This document shows, in pieces, positions 10,383-20,917 of a stretch of DNA of 64,000 nt (the first letter of the stretch is position 1; each line of letters opens with the position of its first letter). Both the position numbers and the translations under genes were made by a program. The notes below the pieces were generated by a model. That model worked only from the letters and a program-made list of their open reading frames with translations. It did not search any database and was not told the origin of the DNA. The stretch comes from an uncultured Gemmatimonadaceae bacterium (GTDB taxonomy: Bacteria; Gemmatimonadota; Gemmatimonadetes; Gemmatimonadales; Gemmatimonadaceae): the NCBI GenBank assembly GCA_963829055.1, contig CAWHHI010000003.1, forward strand, positions 416,001-480,000. Reading direction: 5' to 3'.

Positions 10383-11062
10383 ATGCCGCGCGGTGACGAG
10401 TTGGAACGTGAGTTCAAGTTTTCCGATCGGGATGACGAGTCCGACGACTTGGGCTATGGGGGCGGGGGAAGTTCGTTCGAAGAAGACGATGACGAGGACG
10501 GCGGCTGGGTACTGAACCAGCGCGACGAAAGCCTCTGGGACGACGCCGACGAGTCTGATGGAGACGAAGACGAGGAGGCCGAGACCGGCGCCGGAGCGGC
10601 CGGTGGCGGCGAGAAGACGACGAAGAAGAAGAGGAAGTTTTTCCTCGACCTGGCAGACCTGGACGTCCGCGACGCACGCCGGCTGCGCCGGGAGCGTCCG
10701 CTGCCAGCCCGGCGCCTGCGGCTGCGCCCAGCCCTGCGGTTGCACCAGCCGCCGCGGTGAGCGCACCAGCGGCAAAGGCCGCACAATCAAAGGCTCCGAC
10801 GAAGCAGCCGGCCGCGAAGCAGGCTCCCGCGAAGAAGGCCGCGGCAAAGTCGGGCGCCAAGACCGAGCCGGCACGGCCGACGGCCAAGAAGGCGACGAAG
10901 GTCGCCGCGAAAAAGGCTGGCGCCGCGAAGGGTAAGAAAACCGCGGCGAAGCGCCCGGCCTCTCAGGGCGCCAAGAAGTCGGCGAGCAAGAAAGCGCCAG
11001 CAAAGAAGGCGGCGAAGTCCAGCGGGGGACGCACTGCGGGACGCGCCGCGAAGAAGAAGTAG
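10383..11062 (+). CDS. Low-complexity protein with Asp/Glu-rich N half and Lys/Ala/Pro-rich histone-H1-like C half (apparent 1-nt deletion near 10613)
   Basis: AGGAGG RBS before ATG 10383; the acidic run continues in the second frame (EDDEEEEEVFPR) and leads into PAKK/AAKK repeats. Confidence 0.7.
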
Positions 11063-11214
11063 GTCGGCAGCGCTCTCGCCGGCGCTCGGGTTCGGGCGCC
11101 GGACTGTTGGATACGACCGCGGGTGCTGCCGGCTTGGGCCGGCGCCCCGCGGTCTCGTCTTCTCGCTGAGAAAGCGTTCGCCGCCACCGTCGTTTCCATT
11201 TCACTCGTCGGACC

Positions 11215-12838
11215 ATGCTGTCCACCGATTCTTTGGAACGTCAGCTCATCGATGCGGTCCCCGTCAGCATCTACGCGTTCGATCTCGATGCTCACGTCAC
11301 GAGCATCCATCTCGCGGCCGCACGATTCGGGGAAGACACTGGGCTCGCGACCCAGGCCACCGCGGACGAGACCCGCGGACGTCCCGTGTGGGACGCAATG
11401 CAGGGACGTCTCTCGCGCGAACAGGTCGAGCACGGCATGCACCTGCTCCGCACCGGACGCGCCCCGGTCGTTCGGTGGGAGTTGAATCCGGCATCACACG
11501 ATCGCCGCACGCTCCTGGCCCAGATGACGCCTCTGCACGACGAGTCACACGCCGTGACCGGGTTCGTCATCTCCACCGTCGATATCACGTCCGTCGAACG
11601 TGCCCGCGAGGCGTCGATCGAGTCCGGCATCGCCCTCGCACGCGCGATCGATGTCGACCATGCGCTGCTGGAGGCCGCGCAGCAGCTTCGGCAACACGTT
11701 CGTCCGGATCTCATTGTGATGGCGCTTGGCGGCGAAGACGGTGCGGGCCCAAAGGTCGCGTACGAGAATGGCGCCGACGCTGAGAACCACATACTCGAGC
11801 GACGCTTCGCGGAGTCGTGGCGTAGCCGCGCTGAGTGATGGAGATGTTCACACGACTCGCGGCGACTCGACGGTCGAGCTCACCGTTTCGATGATCGGAT
11901 CAGCTGGACCGCTCGGTGTCATCACCATCATCAGCGACGATATCGAGTCGCCCGATCGACTCGCGGACGCGCAGCGCTTCGTCGCAGCGGTCGCCGCGCA
12001 GACGGCCGCCGCCGTCGAGCGTTCACGTCACATTCGCCGTTCCGGCCATCGACGTCGTAGTGAGGCCATTGGCGAGATCGCGGCCGGCGTCTCGCAGGAG
12101 TTGCGCAACCCGATATTCGGTATCTCCTCCGCGGCCCAGTTGCTTCGATTCCGCGCCCGTGAAGACCCCGTGATGGAGAAGAACGTTGGGAGGATTCTCC
12201 GCGAGGTCGAGCGCCTCAATCGAATGGTCGGCACTCTCGGCGAGCTTGGCCGACCCATCGCACTCAACCTGTCGACGCACGACCCGGACGCCGTGTGGGA
12301 TGACGTGCTGCAATCGGAACGCGGGCGCCTCGAAAGCCGAGCGCTCGCGGTGCAACGGACCAGACCCGAGTCCGGTGCGGCGATTGTGCTGGACGCTGAG
12401 CAACTCGCCCAGGCATTCAGAAACATTCTCTCGAATGCCGTCGATGCCGCACCCGAGGCGACTGACATCAGTCTGGAATCGGTTGTGGTTCCCAACGGGG
12501 GTTGGCGCTGCCGGCTGACGAATGGTGGGCCACCCATTGCACCTGAAACGCTGCCGCGCGTGTTCGAGTTGTTCCTTTCCACAAAGCCGGGAAGCACCGG
12601 CGTAGGCCTCGCGCTCGCGCAGCGGATCGTCGAAGAGCACGACGGAACGATTGCTATCCAGAGTAGCCGAGACGCGGGGACTACTGTGTCTGTCAGCCTG
12701 CCCGAGCACCCCTCGTATCGCGTCTCTGCCGTAATTATGTTGGCATCATGGCTGAATCTCCTGTCGCAATGCTCCGTGCCCACTCCCGGCACGCCCCCTG
12801 GAACGCGCGAGGACTCGCTGCCCACGTCACCGCGTTAG
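11215..12838 (+). CDS. PAS/GAF-like sensor histidine kinase-like protein, frameshifted near 11825
   Basis: Upstream ORF PAS-like; downstream ORF has VSQELRNPI, NILSNA, FELFLSTKPGSTGVGLAL; 3' end uncertain because it overlaps the next gene. Confidence 0.75.
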
Positions 12839-13296
12839 TCGACGCGGCCGGCATGCGGCCCACGAATGCCTCCGCGCGCGCGGCCCCGAGTGCGCGGGCC
12901 GTTCGCTTCTACGTATCCAACGGGCTGCTAGACCGCCCCGAGGGGACTGGTACGGCGGCGACCTACAACTATCGCCACCTCCTGCAGCTCCTCGCCATCA
13001 AGATCCGCCAGCGCGAAGGTCAGACGCTGGAAGTCATCAAGCGAGAGATGAGAGAGAGCACGGGCGACCAGCTCGAGCGACGCATCGCGCAGTCGCTCGC
13101 GCCTGCGCTCGGCGTTCGCGCCGATGCCGCGGTCGCGCAGGACGATCAGCGGACGTTCGCCTGGCGTCGCATTCCCGTCGCCGACGGCATCGAGATCCAC
13201 GTGCGCGACGATTCGGCCGCGTCCAGCGAAGACGCGCTCATCGCAATGCGCGAAGCGGTCCGCGCTGCGTTGGGACGCGCGGACATCCGAGGCTGA
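12748..13296 (+). CDS. MerR-type HTH transcriptional regulator
   Basis: SARAVRFYVSNGLLDRPEG...YNYRHL resembles a MerR HTH. Confidence 0.75.
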   Translation: MAESPVAMLRAHSRHAPWNARGLAAHVTALVDAAGMRPTNASARAAPSARAVRFYVSNGLLDRPEGTGTAATYNYRHLLQLLAIKIRQREGQTLEVIKREMRESTGDQLERRIAQSLAPALGVRADAAVAQDDQRTFAWRRIPVADGIEIHVRDDSAASSEDALIAMREAVRAALGRADIRG

Positions 13297-13297
13297 G

Positions 13298-14602
13298 TCA
13301 CAACACGCGCTGAAACGCGTTCGCTCCCCACTCGAGCAGCTTCTCGGTCCACGACCGTTGCTCGAACTCGGCCAGCTTGATCTCCTTGGCGTACCGAAGG
13401 TCCGCCATGAAAAGAGAGTCGAGGGTCGAGCCCACGCCTTCGTCGAGCGACGCAATGTTCGACTCGTTGTTGAACACGAGCGATCGATTGTCGAAGTTCA
13501 GCGAGCCGACGGTGGACCATACGCCGTCCACGACGAACGTTTTCGCGTGCATCATCGTCGGCCCATACTCGTACACACGAACGCCACCCTTCAGTAGCTC
13601 AGGATAGCGCGCACGCCCGGCGTACACGGTGGTCTTCACATCGCTCTTGTCTCCAGCCGTCAGCACTCGCACATCCACACCGCGTTTGGCCGCGCGGATC
13701 AGAAGCGCCCGAAAGTCGTCGTCGGGCACGAAGTAGGAATTTGAGATGTAGAGCGTTCGGCGCGCGGCACTGATCGAGAGCGCCAGGAAGCGCTCGGCGG
13801 GCGTACTGCCGATGGTCGGTACAGAATGAAGCACGCCGGCTGACACGGCACCGACCTCTGCGAACGATGCCGGCGGGAAGAACACATCCCCGGTGATGAG
13901 CTCGCCCTTGGCCTCTGCCCACCCCGACGCGAACGTCGCCTGCAACTGTGCGACGGCGGGTCCCTCGAAGCGAGCGTTCGATTCCCGCCACTGGTCTTCG
14001 GATTTGCCGTCGCCAAGCCAGTAGTCGGCAAGCCCGAATCCGCCGGTGTAGGCGACTCGACCATCGACCACGACCACGCGTACGTGGGACCGCTGCGCAG
14101 CCTTGTGCAGCGAGTACCAGTGGAGTGGCCGGAGCCACGCCACCTCGACTCCCGACTTCTCGAGATCATCGGCCCACTTGCCTCGCAATCCCTGCGAGCC
14201 GAATGCATCCAGGAGAAGCAGCACTCGCACTTTCGCGCGCGCCCGCTCTGCTAACAACTTCGCCATTGTATCGGCAACGGCACCGGGCTTCGAGAAGTAC
14301 ATCTGCACCGTGACCGTCTGGCGCGCGGAGCGAATGTCTCCCCACAACCGCGGATACGCCGCTCCGTTCGCGAGCACCTCGATCTTGTTCCCCGGCTCCA
14401 TGTGCAGGCCCGTGAACAGCTCGAGGGTGTGACTGAACAGCGAATCACGCACGCCTGGAAACCGCGTGTCGCCGACGGCAAGAACTCGCGTCACCGGCGA
14501 CCCACGCGTCACCGTGAGCACACCGATCAGCGCGAACGCGAGTAGAACCAGGACCGCGACCACGACCGAAATTCTCTTTACCGCTCGGAGCATTGGAACC
14601 AC
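13298..14602 (-). CDS. cls: Cardiolipin synthase-like phospholipase D
   Basis: Two HKD-type motifs (degenerate HVRVVVVD; HAKTFVVD...GSLNFDNRS); start approximate. Confidence 0.85.
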   Translation of the reverse strand: MVPMLRAVKRISVVVAVLVLLAFALIGVLTVTRGSPVTRVLAVGDTRFPGVRDSLFSHTLELFTGLHMEPGNKIEVLANGAAYPRLWGDIRSARQTVTVQMYFSKPGAVADTMAKLLAERARAKVRVLLLLDAFGSQGLRGKWADDLEKSGVEVAWLRPLHWYSLHKAAQRSHVRVVVVDGRVAYTGGFGLADYWLGDGKSEDQWRESNARFEGPAVAQLQATFASGWAEAKGELITGDVFFPPASFAEVGAVSAGVLHSVPTIGSTPAERFLALSISAARRTLYISNSYFVPDDDFRALLIRAAKRGVDVRVLTAGDKSDVKTTVYAGRARYPELLKGGVRVYEYGPTMMHAKTFVVDGVWSTVGSLNFDNRSLVFNNESNIASLDEGVGSTLDSLFMADLRYAKEIKLAEFEQRSWTEKLLEWGANAFQRVL

Positions 14603-14708
14603 CAGAGATCATCGACGATTGTACCCTCTGGAATGTCGCAAATGCAGAGGTCGTTCCACATTCTCGTGATCGGTTCCCTGTTGAACGTTCTCACTGTGGT
14701 CGCCATCA

Positions 14709-15440
14709 ATGTCTCAGACAAAATCTGAACTCTCGCTCGAAGGCAAAGTCGCCGTGCTCACCGGCGTGTCGCGTCAGGGCCAGGTGGGCGAGACCGTGGC
14801 TCAGTCGCTTGCGGAGCGCGGCGTCTCAGTCGTTCTCATCGACCGCACAGGCGTGGAGGCCGAGGCCCGAGCCAGGGAGATTCGCGACCGCGGTCATCGC
14901 GCGCTGGCGGTCAACGCGGATCTTACGGACGCATCACAGCTCGACGCGGTCGCGCGTGTTGTGAAGAACGAGTTCGGCGGCGTGGACGCGCTCGTGAACA
15001 TCGCCGGCGGCTTCAGCATGTCTGGAAAGGTGTCGGACAGCGACCCTGGCGCGTGGTCGCGTCAACTCGGCATTGGTCTCACGACGGCGTACCTGACGAC
15101 ACGTGCGTTTCTTCCCCTCGTTCGAGAGCGGCGCGGCGCGGTGCTTTTCTTTGCAGCCGCGGCTGCCCTACCCGGGGGCCGCATCGCGGAAATGTCCGCG
15201 TATGCAGTCTCCAAGGCCGGCGTCATCACGCTCATGCGGGCGGTGGCGCAGGAAGAACGACAGACGGGCGTCCGATCCAACGCGCTCGCGCCGACTGCGA
15301 TTCGTACGGCCGCAAACCTTGAGTCTATGGACGCGTCGACGCGATACGTCGAGCGCGAGGAAGTGGCGGATGCGGTACTATTTCTCTGCTTTTCCGACGC
15401 CGCTCGCTCGATAACCGGGCAAGTCATCCAGCTCGGCTAA
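14709..15440 (+). CDS. Short-chain dehydrogenase/reductase
   Basis: LEGKVAVLTG, LVNIAGG, YAVSK (YxxxK), ITGQVI. Confidence 0.9.
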   Translation: MSQTKSELSLEGKVAVLTGVSRQGQVGETVAQSLAERGVSVVLIDRTGVEAEARAREIRDRGHRALAVNADLTDASQLDAVARVVKNEFGGVDALVNIAGGFSMSGKVSDSDPGAWSRQLGIGLTTAYLTTRAFLPLVRERRGAVLFFAAAAALPGGRIAEMSAYAVSKAGVITLMRAVAQEERQTGVRSNALAPTAIRTAANLESMDASTRYVEREEVADAVLFLCFSDAARSITGQVIQLG

Positions 15441-15615
15441 GCGTACGTGCTCGGCCCAATGCTCGACAGTCTTATGCCATATTAGCGCCATAAAGGCGCT
15501 ATGTGACACGTCTGCGACAGTTCTGCTGAGCGATTGGCTCGATGGTAGGGCTTGAACGACAAATGTGAGACGTCGCCCCTAGCCGCCCGGCATTCGCTAC
15601 AGTACGCTACGCGGC

Positions 15616-16467
15616 ATGAGCCTCGCTGCGCATCGGCGAACCGCCACGCGCACGATCGTCCTCGACCGCTCGCTCGAGGCACTCCCGGTTTTCCGCCTGA
15701 GCGACTCGGCCGATGATTCGGCGGTGATTTACGCTCCTGAATCGGGAGGACGCTGGCGCGTCCTCCCGACGCCCGGCGACCGCGTCCCCGGCACGTTCGA
15801 CCAGGACGTCTACGTCGAGCTGCTTCGTCGCTACCACGAAGCGAACTGCCCCGATGACGGTGTCATCACGTTCACGCTTCACGCATTTCTTCGGGCGATC
15901 GGCCGGCGCGTAGACGGCCGTACGTACGAACAGCTTCGCGCGGCACTGAGCCGACTCGAACGCACAGCGCTCGAATCGAGCGGGGTCTACTTCGATGCGC
16001 TCACATCGGCGCGGCTCGATGGCCGATTCACGATCCTCAACTCCATCGCCATCGAGCGCCGCCGCTCGACTGACCGCGATCAACTCGCCCTCTTCCCCAC
16101 GATATCTGCATCCGAGCCCGGGGACGCGCGCGTTACCATCGCCCCCGCCATCCGCTCGAACATTGCCGCCGGCCACACCGTGACGTTGTCGGCCGCGCGC
16201 TACCTCGAGCTCTCGTCTCCGGTCGCGCGACGGCTCTATCGTCTGCTCGAGGTCGCACGAGAGGATGGCACGGTGACTTGGCGCATCGCGCTGGATAAGC
16301 TCGCCGAACAATTGCCCCTGGCACAGCGTTATCCATCGCACCTGCAGCGGGTCCTACAACCCGCGCATCAGATGCTGTTGGCAGCCGGCCTCGCTCGCGA
16401 CATCGTATTCCGACAACAGCGACGTGACTGGTTCGTCGACTACGTGCTGGCGTCGCGATTGGTGTAG
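15616..16467 (+). CDS. Plasmid-type replication initiator protein A-like protein
   Basis: LPVFRLS, PGTFDQDVYVELL, FTLHAFLRAIG..YEQLRAALSRL, YLELSSPVARRLYRLL resemble RPA/TrfA-like winged-helix initiators. Confidence 0.65.
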   Translation: MSLAAHRRTATRTIVLDRSLEALPVFRLSDSADDSAVIYAPESGGRWRVLPTPGDRVPGTFDQDVYVELLRRYHEANCPDDGVITFTLHAFLRAIGRRVDGRTYEQLRAALSRLERTALESSGVYFDALTSARLDGRFTILNSIAIERRRSTDRDQLALFPTISASEPGDARVTIAPAIRSNIAAGHTVTLSAARYLELSSPVARRLYRLLEVAREDGTVTWRIALDKLAEQLPLAQRYPSHLQRVLQPAHQMLLAAGLARDIVFRQQRRDWFVDYVLASRLV

Positions 16468-16544
16468 GACCTGCGACTCATGCTACATCTCACTTGAGTT
16501 GAAGGCGTCGATTCGCCTCAATCCAAACTCGACCGGGAGATTCC

Positions 16545-16739
16545 ATGGCAACGAAGCTCGACAAGACGATCAAACGCGAGATCGAGATGGATGGTCAGGC
16601 CTACATGGTCACGATCTCTCCCGATGGCGTTAAGCTCACGCAGAAGGGCTTTCGGAAGGGGCGAGAGATGTCGTGGCGCGCGCTCTGGGCCGGTGGAAGT
16701 GAGGAAGGCTCCGGCGGAACGGGCGGCAACACGGAGTGA
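16545..16739 (+). CDS. Small hypothetical protein
   Basis: GGGAG RBS; coding-like 64-aa ORF filling the gap. Confidence 0.7.
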   Translation: MATKLDKTIKREIEMDGQAYMVTISPDGVKLTQKGFRKGREMSWRALWAGGSEEGSGGTGGNTE

Positions 16740-16837
16740 CGCACGCCGCTTGCGTACCGTCCGGGTCAGGGAGACGAGGAACTCATCCTCGCGCTGCGCG
16801 TATCTTAGGTATCTACACTCGTTAAGCCGAGCTATTC

Positions 16838-18421
16838 ATGAAACGCAACCGTACTGCTCTCCTCGTCGGCATTGTTGCCGCCCCGCTGCTCGTTGGTGGA
16901 TTCGTCGTTCAGGAGCGCGCAACCGCCGACGGCGCTCGGCTCTTTGGCCAAGTGCTGGACCTCGTCTCTTCTCGCTTCGTTGACACCGTCGACGCGGCGT
17001 CGCTGTACGAGAAGGCCGCACGCGGCCTCGTAGGGCAACTGCAGGATCCCTACAGCGAACTGATGTCGCCGTCGCAGCTTCGCTCGTTCAACAGCAACAC
17101 GGGCGGACGCTACGGTGGACTCGGCATGTCTATCGAGGAGCAGCAGGGGAAAGGCATCACCGTCGCGAAGGTTTTTCACAACACTCCGGCCGAACGTGCC
17201 GGCATTCGTGAAGGCGACGTGATTGTTCTCGTCGATACGGTCTCGACGCGCGGCTGGACGTCCAAGAAGACCGCTGACGCGCTGACGGGTTCGCCCGGCA
17301 CGAAGGTCAACGTCGGCTTCTCGCGTCCCGGCGTCGCTGCGCCGATCAAGGTGGAGTTCACCCGCGCGGTTATTCGCGTACCCGCAGTGCCGTACGAGAT
17401 CACGTTCGACGGAAAGGTCGGCTACATCCCGCTCGAGCAGTTCAATGAGAACGCGACGTCCGAGCTCGTCGAGAGCGTCAAACGGCTGCAGAACGAAGGC
17501 GCACGTGGCATCGTGCTCGACCTTCGCAGCAATCCCGGCGGCTTCCTCGACCAAGCGCTCTCCATCAGCAACCTGTTCCTTCGTCAGGGGCAGGAGATCG
17601 CGAGCGTCCGCGGCCGCAACACCGAGCCGCAGATGTACTTCGCGCGCGAGAAGCCAATGGCGCCGGACGTCCCACTGGTCATCCTCACGAATCAGTACAC
17701 GGCGTCAGCGTCCGAAATCGTCGCCGGCGCGTTGCAGGACCATGACCGCGCGGTGATCGTCGGCAACACGTCGTTCGGAAAGGGACTCGTGCAGACGCTG
17801 TTCAACCTCGACGGCGGCTGGGCGCTCAAGATGACAACGGCCAAGTGGTATACGCCGAGTGGCCGCTCGATTCAGAAGGAGCGGAAGCTCACGCCCGACG
17901 GCCAGTTCGTCGAAGTGCATCCCGACTCGCTCGAGTCTGATTCGGCGCGCAAGGCACGTCCGCAGTTCAAGTCCGACGGCGGCCGCGTGGTCTACGGCGG
18001 CGGTGCGGTGACGCCGGATCTTCTCGTGCAGGCCGACACGCTCACCACGGCCGAGCAGGATTTCCGTAAGGCGATGGCGCCGAAATCCCAGGAGTATTAC
18101 GTCGCACTCTACGACCTCGCGTACGAGCTCAAGGCTCAGGTGAAGCCGGACTTCGTCGTGAAGCCCGAGTGGCGGAACGATTTCCTTGGACGACTCGAGA
18201 AAGCGGGCGTGAAGGTCGATCGCAAACAGTGGGACGCTGCCACCTCGCTCATCGATCGTGACCTCGAGTTGCGCGTTGCTCGTTCGGCGTTCGGTGACTC
18301 GACTGTTCGTCGCCGCACACTGGACGAAGACCCGCAGCTGCGGAAGGCGATCGAGATCATCCAGCGCGGGCAGTCACAGAAGGATCTGTTCGCCCTCGTC
18401 GCGTCGAGGTCGCAGCGATAG
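16838..18421 (+). CDS. S41 carboxyl-terminal processing protease with PDZ domain
   Basis: DPYS, GLGMSI, LDLRSNPGG, TASASEIVAGALQD, SFGKG. Confidence 0.93.
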   Translation: MKRNRTALLVGIVAAPLLVGGFVVQERATADGARLFGQVLDLVSSRFVDTVDAASLYEKAARGLVGQLQDPYSELMSPSQLRSFNSNTGGRYGGLGMSIEEQQGKGITVAKVFHNTPAERAGIREGDVIVLVDTVSTRGWTSKKTADALTGSPGTKVNVGFSRPGVAAPIKVEFTRAVIRVPAVPYEITFDGKVGYIPLEQFNENATSELVESVKRLQNEGARGIVLDLRSNPGGFLDQALSISNLFLRQGQEIASVRGRNTEPQMYFAREKPMAPDVPLVILTNQYTASASEIVAGALQDHDRAVIVGNTSFGKGLVQTLFNLDGGWALKMTTAKWYTPSGRSIQKERKLTPDGQFVEVHPDSLESDSARKARPQFKSDGGRVVYGGGAVTPDLLVQADTLTTAEQDFRKAMAPKSQEYYVALYDLAYELKAQVKPDFVVKPEWRNDFLGRLEKAGVKVDRKQWDAATSLIDRDLELRVARSAFGDSTVRRRTLDEDPQLRKAIEIIQRGQSQKDLFALVASRSQR

Positions 18422-18430
18422 CTTTCCTGC

Positions 18431-19522
18431 ATGACGAGACAGGCTTTTAGCGCCGCCACGACTCTCGTCGTGGCGGCGTTTGCGTATGGGTGTCACTCGG
18501 CCCCGAATCCTGCACCGGCCCCTGCCGGCGCCGCTCCCACCGCCGCAGCCCGCGTCGACGCGGAGCCGGGCGAGTCGCACCTGGTGAACATCCGCCGTCT
18601 TACGAACGGCGGAGAGAACGCTGAGGCGTACTTCAGCCGCGACGGCCAGTGGCTGACGTTCCAGTCTACGCGCGAGGGACGGACGTGCGATCAGCAGTAC
18701 GTAATGCGCACGGACGGTTCAGGGCTTCGCCGCATCTCCAACGGAGATGGTAAGACGACCTGCGGGTATTTCTTCGACGGGGATCGACAGCTCCTCTTCG
18801 CATCCACACACGCGCACGGCGCAGCGTGTCCTGCGCGACCTGACGCGTCACAGGGATACGTCTGGGGACTCGACAAGTTCGACATCTACACGACGGATCG
18901 CGATGGCTCGAAGCTTCGTCGCCTGACGAACTACGACGTGTACACCGCGGAGGGGACGCTGTCGCCCGACGGACGGACGGTCGTGTTCACGTCGCTGAAG
19001 GATGGCGATCTGGACATCTACACGATGAACATCGACGGCTCGCACATCCGGCGCCTAACGACGGCACCGGGCTACGACGGCGGACCGTTCTTCTCTCCGG
19101 ACGGGAAGCGCATCGTCTATCGCGCCTACCATCCGACGGATTCCGTTGAGCTGCGCACGTATCGCGACTTGCTGCGTCAGGAAATGGTGCGGCCGAACAA
19201 GATGGAGATCTGGGTCATGAACGCCGACGGCTCCGATCAGCGTCAGGTGACGAACCTGGGGGGAGCCAACTTCGCGCCATTCTTCACGCCGGACGGTCGG
19301 CGCATCATCTTCTCGTCGAATCACAAGAACCCACGCAGCCGCAATTTCGATCTGTACCTCGTGAATCCGGATGGGACAGGGCTCGAACAGGTCACGACGA
19401 ACCCGGACTTCGACGGCTTCCCGCAATTCAGCCCGGACGGCAGGGAGATCGTTTGGGCGTCCAACCGCTTCGACGCAAAACCCGGTGAGACGAACATCTT
19501 CATCGCGGATTGGAAGAACTAG
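18431..19522 (+). CDS. TolB-like PD40 beta-propeller lipoprotein
   Basis: Lipobox-like AYGC; repeated FSPDG motifs. Confidence 0.88.
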   Translation: MTRQAFSAATTLVVAAFAYGCHSAPNPAPAPAGAAPTAAARVDAEPGESHLVNIRRLTNGGENAEAYFSRDGQWLTFQSTREGRTCDQQYVMRTDGSGLRRISNGDGKTTCGYFFDGDRQLLFASTHAHGAACPARPDASQGYVWGLDKFDIYTTDRDGSKLRRLTNYDVYTAEGTLSPDGRTVVFTSLKDGDLDIYTMNIDGSHIRRLTTAPGYDGGPFFSPDGKRIVYRAYHPTDSVELRTYRDLLRQEMVRPNKMEIWVMNADGSDQRQVTNLGGANFAPFFTPDGRRIIFSSNHKNPRSRNFDLYLVNPDGTGLEQVTTNPDFDGFPQFSPDGREIVWASNRFDAKPGETNIFIADWKN

Positions 19523-19543
19523 GTCACCAGCGAAGGAGTCACC

Positions 19544-20659
19544 ATGATCGGTATGATCTTATTCGCTATCCTCGCCGCTTTCGGCCTGACCGTTTTCGCG
19601 GCAGCCGTGAAGATCATCGGACAGGCCGAGGTCATGGTCATAGAGCGACTCGGTCGCTTTCACCGTGTCGGCCGATCGGGGTTGAACCTGTTGATCCCGT
19701 TCGTCGAACGCCCGCGTCCGATCGATGTCCGATACGTCGAAGCAGACGTTTCGGGGATGAAACGCATCACCTCGGGAACAACGTCTCGCATCGATCTGCG
19801 CGAGCAGGTGCTGAACTTTCCGAGTCAGCCCGTCATCACGAAGGACAACGTCACCATCGATATCGACGCGGTGCTGTACTACCGTATCGCCGATCCGCAG
19901 AAGGCGACCTACGCCGTCCAGAACCTTCCGTACGCGCTCGAGACCCTAACGCGAACGACGCTGCGCAACATCGTCGGCGAAATGGAGCTCGATCAGACGC
20001 TCGCGAGCCGCGATCAGATCAACAGGCGCATGCGCGAAGTCATCGAGGAAGCGTCCATCGGGTGGGGCGTCGACGTGACGCGCGTCGAGCTCCAGGCCAT
20101 CGAGCCGCCGCGCGACATCCAACAGTCGATGGAACTGCAGATGCGGGCGGAACGAGAGCGCCGCGCAGCGGTCACGAACGCCGAAGCCGGGAAACGCGCG
20201 GCGATCCTCGAGGCCGAGGGCCTCCGCGAATCGCAGGTCCGCAAGGCGGAGGGCGAGAAGGAAGCCGCGATCCTGCGCGCGGAGGGTTTGGCGACCGCGC
20301 GACTCGCCATGGCGCAGGCGGAAGCTGAAGCCATCCAGCGGATCACGGCGTCGCTGCCCGAGGGTCAGGCGGCGATGTACTTGCTTGGGCTCAAGTACCT
20401 GGAAGCGCTGCCGGCAGTAACGCAGGGCAAGGGAACGACGATCTTTCTCCCCGCCGAGGCCTCGGGCGTCATGGGCGCGCTTGGCGGTATGCGCGAGCTG
20501 CTCAAGGCAACTGCCGGGACCGGGGGCGCCGTTGGCGGCCCGAATCAGGCTGCGTACACACCGCCCGCCGCGCGACCGGCTTTCAAGTCGCTGGCCGACG
20601 GTACATCGGGCTCGACGATCGCCGGCTCGAGCCCATCCGGTTCCTCGGACAACAGCTAG
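19544..20659 (+). CDS. SPFH/band 7 (stomatin/QmcA-like) membrane protein
   Basis: N-terminal TM, VIERLGRF, QPVITKDNV, RAERERRA. Confidence 0.92.
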   Translation: MIGMILFAILAAFGLTVFAAAVKIIGQAEVMVIERLGRFHRVGRSGLNLLIPFVERPRPIDVRYVEADVSGMKRITSGTTSRIDLREQVLNFPSQPVITKDNVTIDIDAVLYYRIADPQKATYAVQNLPYALETLTRTTLRNIVGEMELDQTLASRDQINRRMREVIEEASIGWGVDVTRVELQAIEPPRDIQQSMELQMRAERERRAAVTNAEAGKRAAILEAEGLRESQVRKAEGEKEAAILRAEGLATARLAMAQAEAEAIQRITASLPEGQAAMYLLGLKYLEALPAVTQGKGTTIFLPAEASGVMGALGGMRELLKATAGTGGAVGGPNQAAYTPPAARPAFKSLADGTSGSTIAGSSPSGSSDNS

Positions 20660-20669
20660 GAGTCATGAC

Positions 20670-20894
20670 TTGGCCAAGGTGATCACCCGCGAACGCGCTG
20701 AGCGGATCGCGCGGGCGCACGCCTGTGAGCATTGCAAGGAGTACAGCTTCAAGAAGCTTGTCGTGAAGCCGGCGACCGACGCGAACAAAGCCGAATTCAA
20801 CGAGACATGGCACGCCGTGCGAATCTGCGGCGTGTGCGGCTCGCACGAGGAAATCGGCATCGATGGCGAGGGAGATATCGTGTACGTCGCGTGA
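20670..20894 (+). CDS. Small zinc-ribbon-like protein
   Basis: TTG start 7 nt after AGGAG; CEHC and CGVC motifs. Confidence 0.7.
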   Translation: MAKVITRERAERIARAHACEHCKEYSFKKLVVKPATDANKAEFNETWHAVRICGVCGSHEEIGIDGEGDIVYVA

Positions 20895-20917
20895 GGCTGC
20901 AGCCGCGACGCCGTCCG

